Below are positions 18,295 to 28,343 of a DNA stretch of 64,000 nt, one piece after another. Positions within the stretch are counted from its first letter, which is position 1. Each line of letters starts with the position of its first letter. The DNA is taken from assembly GCA_035515135.1 (NCBI GenBank), contig DATJBW010000013.1, positions 114,439-178,438 of the forward strand, read 5' to 3'. The translations under genes and the position numbers were made by a program. Source of the stretch: Flavobacterium sp. Its GTDB lineage: Bacteria; Bacteroidota; Bacteroidia; Flavobacteriales; Flavobacteriaceae. The notes under the pieces are model-generated. The model saw only the letters and a program-made list of their open reading frames with translations. It ran no database searches and was not told where the DNA came from.

Positions 18295-19920
18295 TTATCC
18301 TAAAAACGGATATTTATAATCTGTTGGCGGAACAAGTGTTTCTTTGATGGTTCTTACCGATACCCAACGCATAAGATTCAGTGCAGAACCCGCTTTGTCG
18401 TTAGTACCTGATCCTCTAGCTCCTCCGAAAGGCTGATTTCCTACAACGGCACCTGTTGGTTTATCGTTGATATAGAAGTTTCCAGCACAGTTTTGAAGTT
18501 TTCTAGACGCAACGTCAATCGCATATCTATCTTGAGAGAAAACAGCACCTGTAAGCGCGTATTCTGAAGTAGAATCAACTAATTCTAAAGTTTCTTCCCA
18601 CTTGCTATCTTCATATACATAAATCGTAAGTACAGGACCGAAAAGTTCAGTCTCCATAGTTACGTATTTAGGGTTTGTAGTCAAGATAACGGTAGGCTCA
18701 ATAAAATATCCTTTTGATTTGTCGTAGTTCCCACCAGCAATCACTTCTGCATCTGCATCTTGTTTTGCTCTATCGATGAATCCTGCTAATTTATCAAATG
18801 ACTCTTCTGAGATAACCGCGGTAACGAAGTTACTGAAGTCTTCGGGTGAACCCATAGTGATGGTTTTTAGGTCGGCTAACATACCCTCTTTAACTGCTGG
18901 CCATAAGCTTTGCGGAATATATGCTCTAGAAGCGGCAGAACATTTTTGTCCTTGAAACTCAAAAGCTCCTCTGACAAGACCTGTAACAACTTGACTTGCA
19001 TTGGCTGAAGGATGGGCGATAACGAAATCCTTCCCCCCTGTTTCTCCAACGATTCTTGGGTATGATTTATAGTTTGCAATATTGGTTCCGATGGTTTTCC
19101 AGATGCTGTTAAATACACCTGTCGATCCTGTGAAGTGTACTCCTGCAAGCTCTCTGTGGTTTAATAAAACATCGCTAATCATCGATGAGTTTCCGTAAAC
19201 CATATTGATTACACCCGCAGGAACTCCCGCTTCTTGGAAAACTTCCATCACTACATTAGCAGAGAAAATCTGTGTTGCAGCTGGTTTCCAGACCACCACG
19301 TTACCCATAAGGGCAGGGGCTGCAGGCAAGTTACCTGAAATTGCCGTAAAGTTAAACGGCGTAATGGCGTATACAAATCCTTCAAGCGGGCGGTATTCTA
19401 CTCTGTTCCATGTCGATGAATCAGAAAGAGGTTGGTCTTTATAGATTTGGGTCATGTACTCTACGTTGAAACGCAAAAAGTCAATCAGTTCACACGAAGC
19501 ATCAATTTCTGCCTGGTGAATTGTCTTTGATTGCGCAACCATTGTAGCTGCATTGATTTTAGCTCTATAAGGTCCAGCCAAAAGTTCCGCAGCCTTTAAG
19601 AATATAGATGCACGGTGTTCCCAAGGCATATTTGCCCATTTCTCACGAGCTTCTAAAGCAGTTGTAATCGCTTCTTCGATATGTAATTTTTCAGCTAAGT
19701 GATATTTACCTACGATATGTTGGTGATCATGAGGAGCAGAAAGGTTTTTAGTATTTCCTGTTCTAATTTCTTTTCCTCCTATATATAGAGGAACGTCAAC
19801 TTGAGCATTCCACATTTCTTTATACGCTTTAAGTACAGCTTCCTTTTCTGGAGTCCCAGGAGCAAACGATTGTATAGGTTCGTTTACGGCTTTAGGAACA
19901 TTAAAAAATCCTTTTGGCAT
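18295..19920 (-). CDS. pruA: L-glutamate gamma-semialdehyde (1-pyrroline-5-carboxylate) dehydrogenase
   Basis: Aldehyde dehydrogenase family with ETGGKD and FEFQGQKCSA (catalytic Cys). I chose the start at MPKGFFNVP (ATG at 19918-19920) instead of the ORF-track 20010. Confidence 0.85.
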   Translation of the reverse strand: MPKGFFNVPKAVNEPIQSFAPGTPEKEAVLKAYKEMWNAQVDVPLYIGGKEIRTGNTKNLSAPHDHQHIVGKYHLAEKLHIEEAITTALEAREKWANMPWEHRASIFLKAAELLAGPYRAKINAATMVAQSKTIHQAEIDASCELIDFLRFNVEYMTQIYKDQPLSDSSTWNRVEYRPLEGFVYAITPFNFTAISGNLPAAPALMGNVVVWKPAATQIFSANVVMEVFQEAGVPAGVINMVYGNSSMISDVLLNHRELAGVHFTGSTGVFNSIWKTIGTNIANYKSYPRIVGETGGKDFVIAHPSANASQVVTGLVRGAFEFQGQKCSAASRAYIPQSLWPAVKEGMLADLKTITMGSPEDFSNFVTAVISEESFDKLAGFIDRAKQDADAEVIAGGNYDKSKGYFIEPTVILTTNPKYVTMETELFGPVLTIYVYEDSKWEETLELVDSTSEYALTGAVFSQDRYAIDVASRKLQNCAGNFYINDKPTGAVVGNQPFGGARGSGTNDKAGSALNLMRWVSVRTIKETLVPPTDYKYPFLG

Positions 19921-20046
19921 AACTTTAATTTTAAGGGGATTATAAGATGCAAATATACGAATATAATAGCGTAAAAAAGTTGTGGAAATGTCAAATAAAC
20001 TGATTTTCAAAAAATCTATAGCTAGATATTTGGTTCAGCCAGAAAG

Positions 20047-20083
20047 ACAAGAGCTTATAGACACTTTGCCTATAAGCTCTTGT
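20047..20083 (-). terminator. perfect 14-bp stem hairpin downstream of the PorT-like gene
   Basis: ACAAGAGCTTATAG-(9 nt)-CTATAAGCTCTTGT. It lies between the PorT-like stop (20116) and the pruA start (19920). Only a weak T-tract follows on the minus strand. Confidence 0.6.
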
Positions 20084-20115
20084 TAAGGCTAATAATCTGT
20101 AGTTGAAGTGATTTC

Positions 20116-20814
20116 TTAGTGAAAAGTAAAGTTCACAAAAATAGCTCTTGTGCGCATAGCTTCTACATTTCCTGTCCAAGGACTATTGACATTGTTGTCT
20201 GGAATGAGCTCATTTTGTAGTCCAAAAACACCGCGAATAGAAGGCGAGAAAATAAACCACTCCATAAATATATCTACACCAAAGCCAAGCTCATAGTTAT
20301 AGGTCATCTGATCCATTCTAAAGCGCTGTTCGTAGTTGTCTTCTTGCGAGTTGAAATTACTCGACAAGTTATACGAAGCCGAGAAACCTCCGGTCAGATA
20401 TGGGCGTAAATTACCAACTCTAAGCGATGAGAATTTTAGCAATAGCGGAATGTGAATATAGGTAGACTTTACTTCTCTTAATCGATCTCTAGGGTTTTCT
20501 AATCCTGGGAAAGTCAGATTTCTTTGGGTATAATATAAGCCTGGCTCTAATCTCAAGTCAAAATATTCGTGCAAACGCAAGTTCCCTACTAAGCCCACAT
20601 TGAAACTCAACGGGCTTTCGATTTGAATTTCAGGTGCGTCTTCTTTGTAGTCAATTTTAAAGTCATACATATTAAACCCCAAGAAATAACCCCAATGCAA
20701 GCGCTGTTTCTGGAAGGTTTCCATATTGACAATAGGATCTCTACTAAAGACATGAAACTGTGCCTGAAGCTGAAATCCGACACTAAGGAGCAATAAAAGA
20801 CTAAATTTTTTCAT
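20116..20814 (-). CDS. outer-membrane beta-barrel protein, PorT/SprT-like
   Basis: Signal peptide MKKFSLLLLLSVGFQLQAQ, alternating beta-strand pattern and a C-terminal aromatic residue (..FVNFTFH). Its position immediately downstream of ubiE is what I recall for porT-family genes in flavobacteria. The family assignment comes from memory, not a search. Confidence 0.55.
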   Translation of the reverse strand: MKKFSLLLLLSVGFQLQAQFHVFSRDPIVNMETFQKQRLHWGYFLGFNMYDFKIDYKEDAPEIQIESPLSFNVGLVGNLRLHEYFDLRLEPGLYYTQRNLTFPGLENPRDRLREVKSTYIHIPLLLKFSSLRVGNLRPYLTGGFSASYNLSSNFNSQEDNYEQRFRMDQMTYNYELGFGVDIFMEWFIFSPSIRGVFGLQNELIPDNNVNSPWTGNVEAMRTRAIFVNFTFH

Positions 20815-20815
20815 T

Positions 20816-21547
20816 TTATTTTTTCGATGCAACATAAATGGTGGCAGCACCAAACATCTGAGGCTTGTTTTCCACTTCTATAAACCCAATTTTTCGCAAA
20901 ATATTGTTCAACTCCTCGCCAAAAGGAAAATTTGAGGCAGATTCTGACAAATAACTGTAAGCGGTCTTATCTTTAGAGAAGATTTTACCGATGAGTGGCA
21001 ATATGAATTTGGTGTATATTTTATAACCCAGATTAAACGGAAATCGGGTAGGTACTGATGTTTCTAAAATCACGAATAGACCTCCAGGTCTGAGCACTCT
21101 AAGCATTTCTGAAAGTCCTTTTTCGAGCACTTCAAAATTTCTGATGCCATAAGCAACTGTTATCACATCAAAGTGATTGTCTTCAAACGGAAGCTTCTCA
21201 GAATCTGCCTGCACAAGTGCAATGCGCTGAGAGAGATTTTTTGCCAACACCTTTTTTCTACCCACGCTCAACATCCCTTCTGAGATATCCACACCTATGA
21301 TTTCAGTCGCTTTTGTATGCGCTAACATAATGGCCAAATCTCCTGTTCCGGTCGCTACGTCTAATATTCTAGACGGGTTGCTGCGCTCAACCATCTGAAC
21401 GATTTTCTTCTTCCACTTCATATCTGAACCCAAAGAAATCACTCTATTTAAGTTGTCATAACCTTCAGAGATATTGTCAAACATTTGTTCTACTTGCTGT
21501 TTTTTACCTAGCTCAGAACCTTTATATGGCGTAATATTTTTAGACAT
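20816..21547 (-). CDS. ubiE: demethylmenaquinone / ubiquinone-family C-methyltransferase
   Basis: VE.MFD.IS..YD..N...S.G....W, then ILDVATGTGDLA (SAM motif I). Start trimmed to MSKNITPYKG (ATG at 21545-21547). Confidence 0.9.
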   Translation of the reverse strand: MSKNITPYKGSELGKKQQVEQMFDNISEGYDNLNRVISLGSDMKWKKKIVQMVERSNPSRILDVATGTGDLAIMLAHTKATEIIGVDISEGMLSVGRKKVLAKNLSQRIALVQADSEKLPFEDNHFDVITVAYGIRNFEVLEKGLSEMLRVLRPGGLFVILETSVPTRFPFNLGYKIYTKFILPLIGKIFSKDKTAYSYLSESASNFPFGEELNNILRKIGFIEVENKPQMFGAATIYVASKK

Positions 21548-21693
21548 AATTTTGTGCGAATAACAGGCAAAGATAACGCAAAAAAGTGTATTCATAGAAT
21601 GGAGTTGCTGCGTATTTTTAATTTTTAAGCCACAAACCAAGACAGATGAAATATGTTTGCAAATCAGCATTTGGTTTTTTGTACCTTTGCCAA

Positions 21694-22734
21694 ATGCAAA
21701 CTGATAAAAAAGACATCCGGAGTTTAACCAAACAGCAACTAGAAGACTTCTTCGTCTCTAATGGCGATCAAGCCTTTAGAGGAAGACAGGTGTATGAATG
21801 GCTGTGGAACAAGAGCGCGCACGATTTTAGCGAAATGACAAGTCTGTCAAAGGAAACTCGCGATATGCTTGAGAAAAACTTCTCAATCAACCATACTGAG
21901 ATCCAGCAGATGCAGAAAAGTGAAGACGGAACCATCAAGAATGCAGTGCGGTTATTTGACCAGCTAATTGTGGAGTCTGTTTTAATTCCTACTGAAAACA
22001 GAACCACAGCTTGTGTATCCTCTCAAGTAGGTTGTAGTTTGGATTGTAATTTCTGTGCTACGGCTACACTCAAAAGAATGCGAAATCTGAATCCCGATGA
22101 GATTTACGATCAGGTAGTCACTATCGACAAACAAAGTCGAGAAAACCACAACAAACCACTTTCAAACATCGTATTTATGGGTATGGGCGAGCCGCTTATG
22201 AACTATACCAACGTGATGAAAGCTATCGATAAAATAACTTCTGACGAAGGATTAGGCATGTCAGCCAAGCGAATTACAGTTTCTACCTCAGGTATATCGA
22301 GGTTGATAAAGAAAATGGCGGATGACAACGTGAAGTTCAAACTAGCAGTCTCTTTACACTCGGCTATAGAAGAAATCAGAAATGAGATTATGCCTTTCAC
22401 CAAAGACTTTCCGTTAACTGAATTAAAAGAGGCGCTTCAATATTGGTATGCAAAGACTAAAAGTAGGATTACTTTTGAATACGTAGTTTGGAAGGGCATA
22501 AATGACGACCAAAAATCAATTGATGCCTTAGTCAAATTCTGTAAGTATGTGCCGTGCAAGATAAACCTGATCGAATATAACTCGATTGGAGACGATAGGT
22601 TTCAGCAAGCTTCACCTGAGGCAATTGACAATTATATCACTGCACTAGAAAGAGCGGGTATCGTTATTAAAGTACGCAGAAGCAGAGGAAAAGACATCGA
22701 TGCGGCTTGTGGTCAATTGGCAAACAAGAGCTAA
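21694..22734 (+). CDS. rlmN: 23S rRNA/tRNA (adenine-C2)-methyltransferase, radical SAM
   Basis: FRG.Q...W motif (FRGRQVYEWLW), radical-SAM cluster motif CSLDCNFCAT and C-terminal DIDAACGQL. The start could be 21694 or 21646. Confidence 0.9.
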   Translation: MQTDKKDIRSLTKQQLEDFFVSNGDQAFRGRQVYEWLWNKSAHDFSEMTSLSKETRDMLEKNFSINHTEIQQMQKSEDGTIKNAVRLFDQLIVESVLIPTENRTTACVSSQVGCSLDCNFCATATLKRMRNLNPDEIYDQVVTIDKQSRENHNKPLSNIVFMGMGEPLMNYTNVMKAIDKITSDEGLGMSAKRITVSTSGISRLIKKMADDNVKFKLAVSLHSAIEEIRNEIMPFTKDFPLTELKEALQYWYAKTKSRITFEYVVWKGINDDQKSIDALVKFCKYVPCKINLIEYNSIGDDRFQQASPEAIDNYITALERAGIVIKVRRSRGKDIDAACGQLANKS

Positions 22735-22751
22735 GTAAACCAAACCTATAT

Positions 22752-22791
22752 AAAAATCCCTCTTATACTATTGGCATAAGAGGGATTTTTT
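22752..22791. terminator. bidirectional intrinsic terminator between convergent rlmN and the M43 protease gene
   Basis: AAAAATCCCTCTTAT-(9 nt)-ATAAGAGGGATTTTTT, a 12-bp stem flanked by A- and T-tracts. Confidence 0.85.
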
Positions 22792-22822
22792 ATTGGTTAT
22801 TCTAAAAAGAAGTCTGATCAGC

Positions 22823-24145
22823 TTATTTCTTGATGAATTGCAATGTTTTAGTCTGACTACCTTTGTTGATTTTCACAAAATAAACTCCTTGAGTATATCC
22901 TGAAACATCAATACTAAATAAACTGGTCTCAGCCGTTTTACCTGTATATACTTGTTGTCCTACTGTGTTATAAATTGTTATATCTCCTGAGAAATCATAG
23001 TTGTCAGGCACAAAAATATTCAGCACATCATGGGTTGGGTTAGGGTATAGAGAAACCATCCCTAAATCATAGCTCTCTGTACTTGCAGGAGGTGAACACA
23101 CGCCTGAGGTAAGTAGCGTCGCTCTTCTGGTTCCGTTCTGAAGCGCTTGTCTAATTCTTGATTTTTGGTTCTCAGTAAAGATATTCATACAGGTATCTGG
23201 GGTATAATCCATATAATTTCTGAACATATCTTGGGTACCACAACTCACGTTTGCACTACAATAATAATTCTCTTCATATTGCATCGGTGTATCTGGACAA
23301 TAATCATCAGTCGTACAGTTATATGCATCTCCCCAAATATGAATTAAGCCTAAAGCATGTCCCATTTCGTGCGTAGATGTACGTCCTCTGTCATAGCCAG
23401 ACTCATAGGTTCCTGACGGATATAGAGCTCTTGACCCAAAATATTTATATCCCACTACAAATCCGTCATCGATTGGAGAACCCGGTCCTGGATAAAGTCC
23501 TGGCAATCCTGTTTGAAAAGGATAAGTGGCATAACCTAGAGTACCGTTCATACTCCCTCCAAAGTTCACTACATAAATATTGTAATATCTCGTAGGATCC
23601 CATTGTACCACAGCTTGAATTTGATTTCTAATTTGGGTTTCTGTATTCCATGAAGTTGCACCTAGATTAACTCTATTGATACCGTTGGTTAGGTTCCCGT
23701 TGGGGTCAGTCTGCGCCAAACAAAACTGAACTTCAGTATTTGCACCCACAGGATCAGTGTTATATCCAGGAGTTCCAGCCATTTTACTGAAATCTTGATT
23801 CAACACAGTAATCTGAGAAAAAACTTGGCCGTCAGCAATATTCGGACCTACTCCTACAGATTGGCCGTTATGAATCACGTGAACAACCACAGGCATTGTC
23901 AGTACTTGGTTAGTGTTGGCGACATTTCTGTATTGGGTTGGCGACTCCTCTTGAATTGCATCAGCTGCGAAGTTCTCGAATACGTATTTATTGTATTCTG
24001 TTGCAGCACATCTTATTTTTCCCTCTGGAGTTACAGAATGAACTTCTTGTCCGAAGATTATAGGTTTCTGTTGTGCATTCACAGAAAAAGCTGCCATTGC
24101 AAAAAGCCCACCACCTATAAGAGATTTGAATATTTTTGTATTCAT
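22823..24145 (-). CDS. secreted zinc metalloprotease, M43 (pappalysin/cytophagalysin-like), with a T9SS C-terminal sorting domain
   Basis: Signal peptide, metzincin motif HEMGHALGLIH, downstream Met-turn region (FRNYMDY), and C-terminal ..LYPNP..D.L.I.....ITIYN..GQ.V......GVYFVKI typical of T9SS type A domains. Confidence 0.85.
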   Translation of the reverse strand: MNTKIFKSLIGGGLFAMAAFSVNAQQKPIIFGQEVHSVTPEGKIRCAATEYNKYVFENFAADAIQEESPTQYRNVANTNQVLTMPVVVHVIHNGQSVGVGPNIADGQVFSQITVLNQDFSKMAGTPGYNTDPVGANTEVQFCLAQTDPNGNLTNGINRVNLGATSWNTETQIRNQIQAVVQWDPTRYYNIYVVNFGGSMNGTLGYATYPFQTGLPGLYPGPGSPIDDGFVVGYKYFGSRALYPSGTYESGYDRGRTSTHEMGHALGLIHIWGDAYNCTTDDYCPDTPMQYEENYYCSANVSCGTQDMFRNYMDYTPDTCMNIFTENQKSRIRQALQNGTRRATLLTSGVCSPPASTESYDLGMVSLYPNPTHDVLNIFVPDNYDFSGDITIYNTVGQQVYTGKTAETSLFSIDVSGYTQGVYFVKINKGSQTKTLQFIKK

Positions 24146-24229
24146 TATCAGTTTTTGTTAGTTTGTTTATATAAAATAACGGCTAATATATACAAAAACA
24201 GAATACTACAATAATTTAAATGAGTAAAA

Positions 24230-24688
24230 TCACTTCTTTAACACAACTGATTCTGGCACTAATTGTTTATAATCACCTCCGTTTCTAATCACATCTCTTA
24301 CGATACTTGAGCTTATAAAAGAAGTACTTGCAGCGGTGAGCAAGAAAACCGTTTCTATTTTAGACAAAGTTCTGTTAGTATGTGCAATTGCTTTTTCAAA
24401 TTCAAAGTCGGCCGGATTTCTGAGTCCTCTCAGAATAAAATCACTGTCTAATCTCTTGCATAGATCAATGGTAAGTCCTTCATATGTCACTACTCTTATC
24501 TTTGGATCGCCTTTGAAAGCCTCTTTGATGAAATGCTCTCGCTCTTCTAAAGTAAACATATAATTTTTTGAGGCGTTGACTCCAATAGCAACAATTACTT
24601 CGTCAAACAAAGAAACACCTCTTTTGATAATATCATAGTGTCCGAGGGTAATTGGGTCAAAAGAACCAGGGAAAACTGCTCTTCTCAT
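24230..24688 (-). CDS. coaD: phosphopantetheine adenylyltransferase
   Basis: 152 aa, AVFPGSFDPITLGH.DII.R, canonical CoaD. Confidence 0.95.
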   Translation of the reverse strand: MRRAVFPGSFDPITLGHYDIIKRGVSLFDEVIVAIGVNASKNYMFTLEEREHFIKEAFKGDPKIRVVTYEGLTIDLCKRLDSDFILRGLRNPADFEFEKAIAHTNRTLSKIETVFLLTAASTSFISSSIVRDVIRNGGDYKQLVPESVVLKK

Positions 24689-24729
24689 ATCTTTATCATT
24701 ATTAGTTATAGCATCACAAAGCTAAGCTC

Positions 24730-25707
24730 TTATTTTTGATTTCTATGCAGCGCCAAGTTGATTTCAGAATCTAACAGATCTGTAAAGTCAAGTCCTTTGT
24801 GCGTTACTTGTTGCGGAAAAATACTCTGTAAAGACAAACCTGGATTGGTATTGATCTCTATAAAATACGGAATCGAATCCTTGACCATGTAGTCAATTCG
24901 CGAGAAACCTGTCATATCTAAGGTGTCATAGATTTTAGTGGATATTCGATCTATGTTTTTCTGTGTCTGATTATCGATATCTGCGGGTGTAATCTCTTCT
25001 GATTTACCTGAATATTTTGATTGATAATCAAAGAATTCATTTTGAGGAATAATCTCAGTATAGCCCAAAACAGTCGTCTTCCCGTTGAGTTTGAGCACGC
25101 CTACAGATATTTCTCTTCCCTCTAAGAAGGACTCAATCAACACTTGGTCATCTACCCCAAAAGCAGCTATAAGCGCTTGGTCAAATTCTGCTGCTGATTT
25201 TACTTTAGACACGCCTAGGCTACTTCCGGAGCGGTTGGCTTTGACAAATAAAGGGAGTCCGAGTTGTTGAATGATTGTATGTTTGTCGAGTTTCTCTCCT
25301 TTGGTCACATAAACCGAATCAGCTTTAGGGATTTCGAATTTAGCTAAAACAGACAAGGTGTCTCTTTTGTTAAAAGTCAAGGCAGATTGATAGAAGTCAC
25401 AACCTGTAAACGGAATTCCGATGAGTTTCCAATAGGCTTGTAGCAATCCATCTTCTCCAGGTGTTCCGTGAATGGTATTGACAATTACATCAAATAAAAT
25501 ATGTCTATCTTGGGTTTTCGCAGAAAAACTACCGCGGTCAAGTGGATGTTTTTTATCCTTGTCTATTAAAAACCAACCCTCATTCAGGATGTGCACCTCA
25601 AAAACCTCATACTTATTCCTATCTAACTTATCGAGGATAAGCTGACCGCTTTTAAGAGAAATCACACATTCTCCAGAATAGCCTCCCATGACCACCGCTA
25701 CCTTCAT
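24730..25707 (-). CDS. ddl: D-alanine--D-alanine ligase
   Basis: ATP-grasp protein; VAVVMGGYSGE, HG..GEDG..Q and EINTNPG motifs. The first ORF-track codon is GTG, so I used the adjacent ATG. Confidence 0.9.
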   Translation of the reverse strand: MKVAVVMGGYSGECVISLKSGQLILDKLDRNKYEVFEVHILNEGWFLIDKDKKHPLDRGSFSAKTQDRHILFDVIVNTIHGTPGEDGLLQAYWKLIGIPFTGCDFYQSALTFNKRDTLSVLAKFEIPKADSVYVTKGEKLDKHTIIQQLGLPLFVKANRSGSSLGVSKVKSAAEFDQALIAAFGVDDQVLIESFLEGREISVGVLKLNGKTTVLGYTEIIPQNEFFDYQSKYSGKSEEITPADIDNQTQKNIDRISTKIYDTLDMTGFSRIDYMVKDSIPYFIEINTNPGLSLQSIFPQQVTHKGLDFTDLLDSEINLALHRNQK

Positions 25708-25737
25708 CACTTATTAGTTTTATTCGGTTTACAGATT

Positions 25738-26871
25738 TTAGTAACTTACGTATTCTATTATTTCTAATCCGTAACCCACCATACCTACTCTTTTGGTTTG
25801 TTCAGAATTTGACAACAATTTTATTTTTGAAATATTCAAATCGTGAAGAATTTGCGCTCCAATACCAAAGTCTTTAGAATCCATCGGCACTTTTGGCGCT
25901 CTCATCTTTCCTTGTTCTTGCAATTCTCTGAACTCTACTAAACGCGTCAATAAATTGAGTGATTGCAACTCTTGGTTGATAAAAATCACTGCAGCCTTTT
26001 CTTCTCTGCCAATTACCTCAAACATCTTGGCTAATTTCTCATCCGGGTTATTGGTAAGCGTACCCAAAATATCATTGTTCACAAGTGTCGAATTGATTCT
26101 GGTGAGTATCGGCTGGTCATTATTCCAATTGCCTTTAGTCAAAGCAATATGCACTTGTTTGTTTGTTTTTTGCAAATAAGACCTCAGTCTGAAATCTCCG
26201 AATCTTGTCGTTATCATAAAGTCTTCTTTTTTAGAAATAAGACTGTCATGTTTCATTCTATAAGCCACTAGATCCTCTATAGAAATAATTTTCAAATCAA
26301 ACTTTTCTGCAACCTTCATCAGCTGTGGCAACCTTGCCATCGATCCATCTTCATTTAAGATCTCGACAAGAATCCCCATGGGTTTTAGTCCAGCCAAACG
26401 CGATAAGTCAATAGAAGCTTCTGTGTGTCCGGTACGTCTTAGCACGCCACCTTTTTTGGCAACTAACGGAAAAATATGTCCTGGTCTTCCTAGGTCTTCT
26501 GGTTTTGTGTTTTCGTCGGTAATAGCTTTGATAGTCTTTGAGCGGTCATGAACGGATATACCCGTAGTACATCCCTGTCCGATAAGGTCTACTGATACTG
26601 TAAAAGCAGTTTGGTGCAATACGGTATTGTTGTCAACCATTAGTTTTAGATCAAGCTCTTTTGCTCTGTTTTCAGTAATGGGCACACATACGAGGCCCCT
26701 GCCGTGCGTAACCATAAAGTTAATCATCTCTGGTGTTACTAATTCTGCAGCGGCAATAAAATCACCTTCGTTTTCTCTGTCTTCGTCATCAACCACAACA
26801 ATGACCTTTCCTTTGCGGATGTCTTCAATAGCTTCTTCTATAGTGTTGAGTTGTGTTTTGGTATTAGACAT
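25738..26871 (-). CDS. ribB: 3,4-dihydroxy-2-butanone-4-phosphate synthase fused to a degenerate GTP cyclohydrolase II-like domain (RibBX-like)
   Basis: The N-terminal half has DHBPS motifs (DDEDRENEGDFI, RTGHTEASIDL). The C-terminal half aligns to RibA, but the Zn-binding Cys triad region reads INSTLVNNDILGTLTNNP and contains no Cys. Confidence 0.85.
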   Translation of the reverse strand: MSNTKTQLNTIEEAIEDIRKGKVIVVVDDEDRENEGDFIAAAELVTPEMINFMVTHGRGLVCVPITENRAKELDLKLMVDNNTVLHQTAFTVSVDLIGQGCTTGISVHDRSKTIKAITDENTKPEDLGRPGHIFPLVAKKGGVLRRTGHTEASIDLSRLAGLKPMGILVEILNEDGSMARLPQLMKVAEKFDLKIISIEDLVAYRMKHDSLISKKEDFMITTRFGDFRLRSYLQKTNKQVHIALTKGNWNNDQPILTRINSTLVNNDILGTLTNNPDEKLAKMFEVIGREEKAAVIFINQELQSLNLLTRLVEFRELQEQGKMRAPKVPMDSKDFGIGAQILHDLNISKIKLLSNSEQTKRVGMVGYGLEIIEYVSY

Positions 26872-28333
26872 GTTCTGTTTTATTTTTTGTTTTGAATATT
26901 TTTTTGAAAAAATCTTGAATAGGCACCGTCAGTTTATCGACACTCATTCCCTTGTCATTGGTTGCCCTATAGGTAAGTAAAACGGCCAAAGGCGTGAGTA
27001 CAATAGCCGAGCCCCAAGCTCCTAAAAAAGCATCTAAGGTTCCGTCTTGCGCTATTTTTCTTCCAAACGTTGAAGTAAAGTGAAAAGCCACATAAATAAT
27101 CATGGCAAAGACAATCGGCATACCGAAGCCTCCTTTGCGGATGATAGCCCCTAATGGCGCTCCGATAAAGAACATCAATAAACACGAATACGCAATTGCA
27201 AATTTTTCGTGTAACGCAAATTGATGTGATTTTAGGTTTTTATCTTGGTATTCTAAGTTATATCTACTTTCAGACACGTTATATTTTGAGCCCAAAAGAT
27301 TGTTATAAGCGGCTTCAAATATCAATGCTTTTTGTTCAGAGGGCACTATATCTATTATATTCTCTGCTTCAAAAGCGATAGCGCTAACCTTCTGATCTGA
27401 GGGGTTTTTGATCAGTCTAGTTTCTTTGTTAGCCTGAAAAGCTGATGAGGTTCTGTAGTGGGTGTTATCTATATAGGATTTTTGTTCTTTCTTCAAAGCA
27501 ACTTTCAGTGAATCAATAGTATAGACTAGTTCTGAAGCATTCAACAAATCATTAGATTCGTTTTCGTTGCTTGAGTCTAAGTCAATATTGAGCAAGCCCG
27601 ATAGATCCATGTTGATAATATACTTCTCAAAATCTGCTTTAGCAAATTGCTTTTTGTTTCTATCTTCTATTTTGGTTGAGATAATATCTTCATAGTGGTG
27701 TCCGTCATACAAGACAAGTTGCAGTATATTAGAGTTTTCTTTACTGATAAGCTCGCCACTTTTGGCTTTGGTAACGGTAGTATTCTTGCCGTATTTTGTT
27801 CTTTTATGGATGATAACACCTTCTAGCTGTCTATCGTCTTTGCCGCTTTTCTTATCAACTTTGATGTTATAAATACCCACTTCGCTAAATTGACCCGCTA
27901 TAATGGCCATCGAAGGCTTTTCTTTTAGGTTGGCCCTAAAGTTACTCACCTTGTATTTAGAGTACGGAATCACATCATTGGCAATAAAAAAGGTGAACCC
28001 TGAGAGCAGTACGATAAAAAAGAGTAGACTTTTAGAAATTCTTCTAAGTGATAATCCAGCTGATTTCATGGCTGCAAACTCATAATTCTCACCAAAAGCA
28101 CCAAAAGTCATAATCGCTGCTAACAAAATAGTGAGTGGCATAATCACCGGAATAAGTGTAGGCATCACATAAGACAGGAATTTGACCACAAGCCAAATCT
28201 CTAGACCTTTACCCGCTAAGTCAGGGATAAAGAGCCATAAGGCATATAAAATAAAGATAAAGAATAGGATTACAAATACGGTTGTAAATGTACTCAGAAA
28301 GCTTGTTAGAATATATCTGTCAATTATTTTCAC
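26864..28333 (-). CDS. LptF/LptG family LPS export permease (YjgP/YjgQ)
   Basis: 489 aa; N-terminus MKIIDRYIL..F, three TM helices, a large periplasmic insert, then three more TM helices. GTG start. Its 3' end overlaps the ribB start by 8 nt. Confidence 0.8.
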   Translation of the reverse strand: MKIIDRYILTSFLSTFTTVFVILFFIFILYALWLFIPDLAGKGLEIWLVVKFLSYVMPTLIPVIMPLTILLAAIMTFGAFGENYEFAAMKSAGLSLRRISKSLLFFIVLLSGFTFFIANDVIPYSKYKVSNFRANLKEKPSMAIIAGQFSEVGIYNIKVDKKSGKDDRQLEGVIIHKRTKYGKNTTVTKAKSGELISKENSNILQLVLYDGHHYEDIISTKIEDRNKKQFAKADFEKYIINMDLSGLLNIDLDSSNENESNDLLNASELVYTIDSLKVALKKEQKSYIDNTHYRTSSAFQANKETRLIKNPSDQKVSAIAFEAENIIDIVPSEQKALIFEAAYNNLLGSKYNVSESRYNLEYQDKNLKSHQFALHEKFAIAYSCLLMFFIGAPLGAIIRKGGFGMPIVFAMIIYVAFHFTSTFGRKIAQDGTLDAFLGAWGSAIVLTPLAVLLTYRATNDKGMSVDKLTVPIQDFFKKIFKTKNKTEHV

Positions 28334-28343
28334 TTACAAAAAA

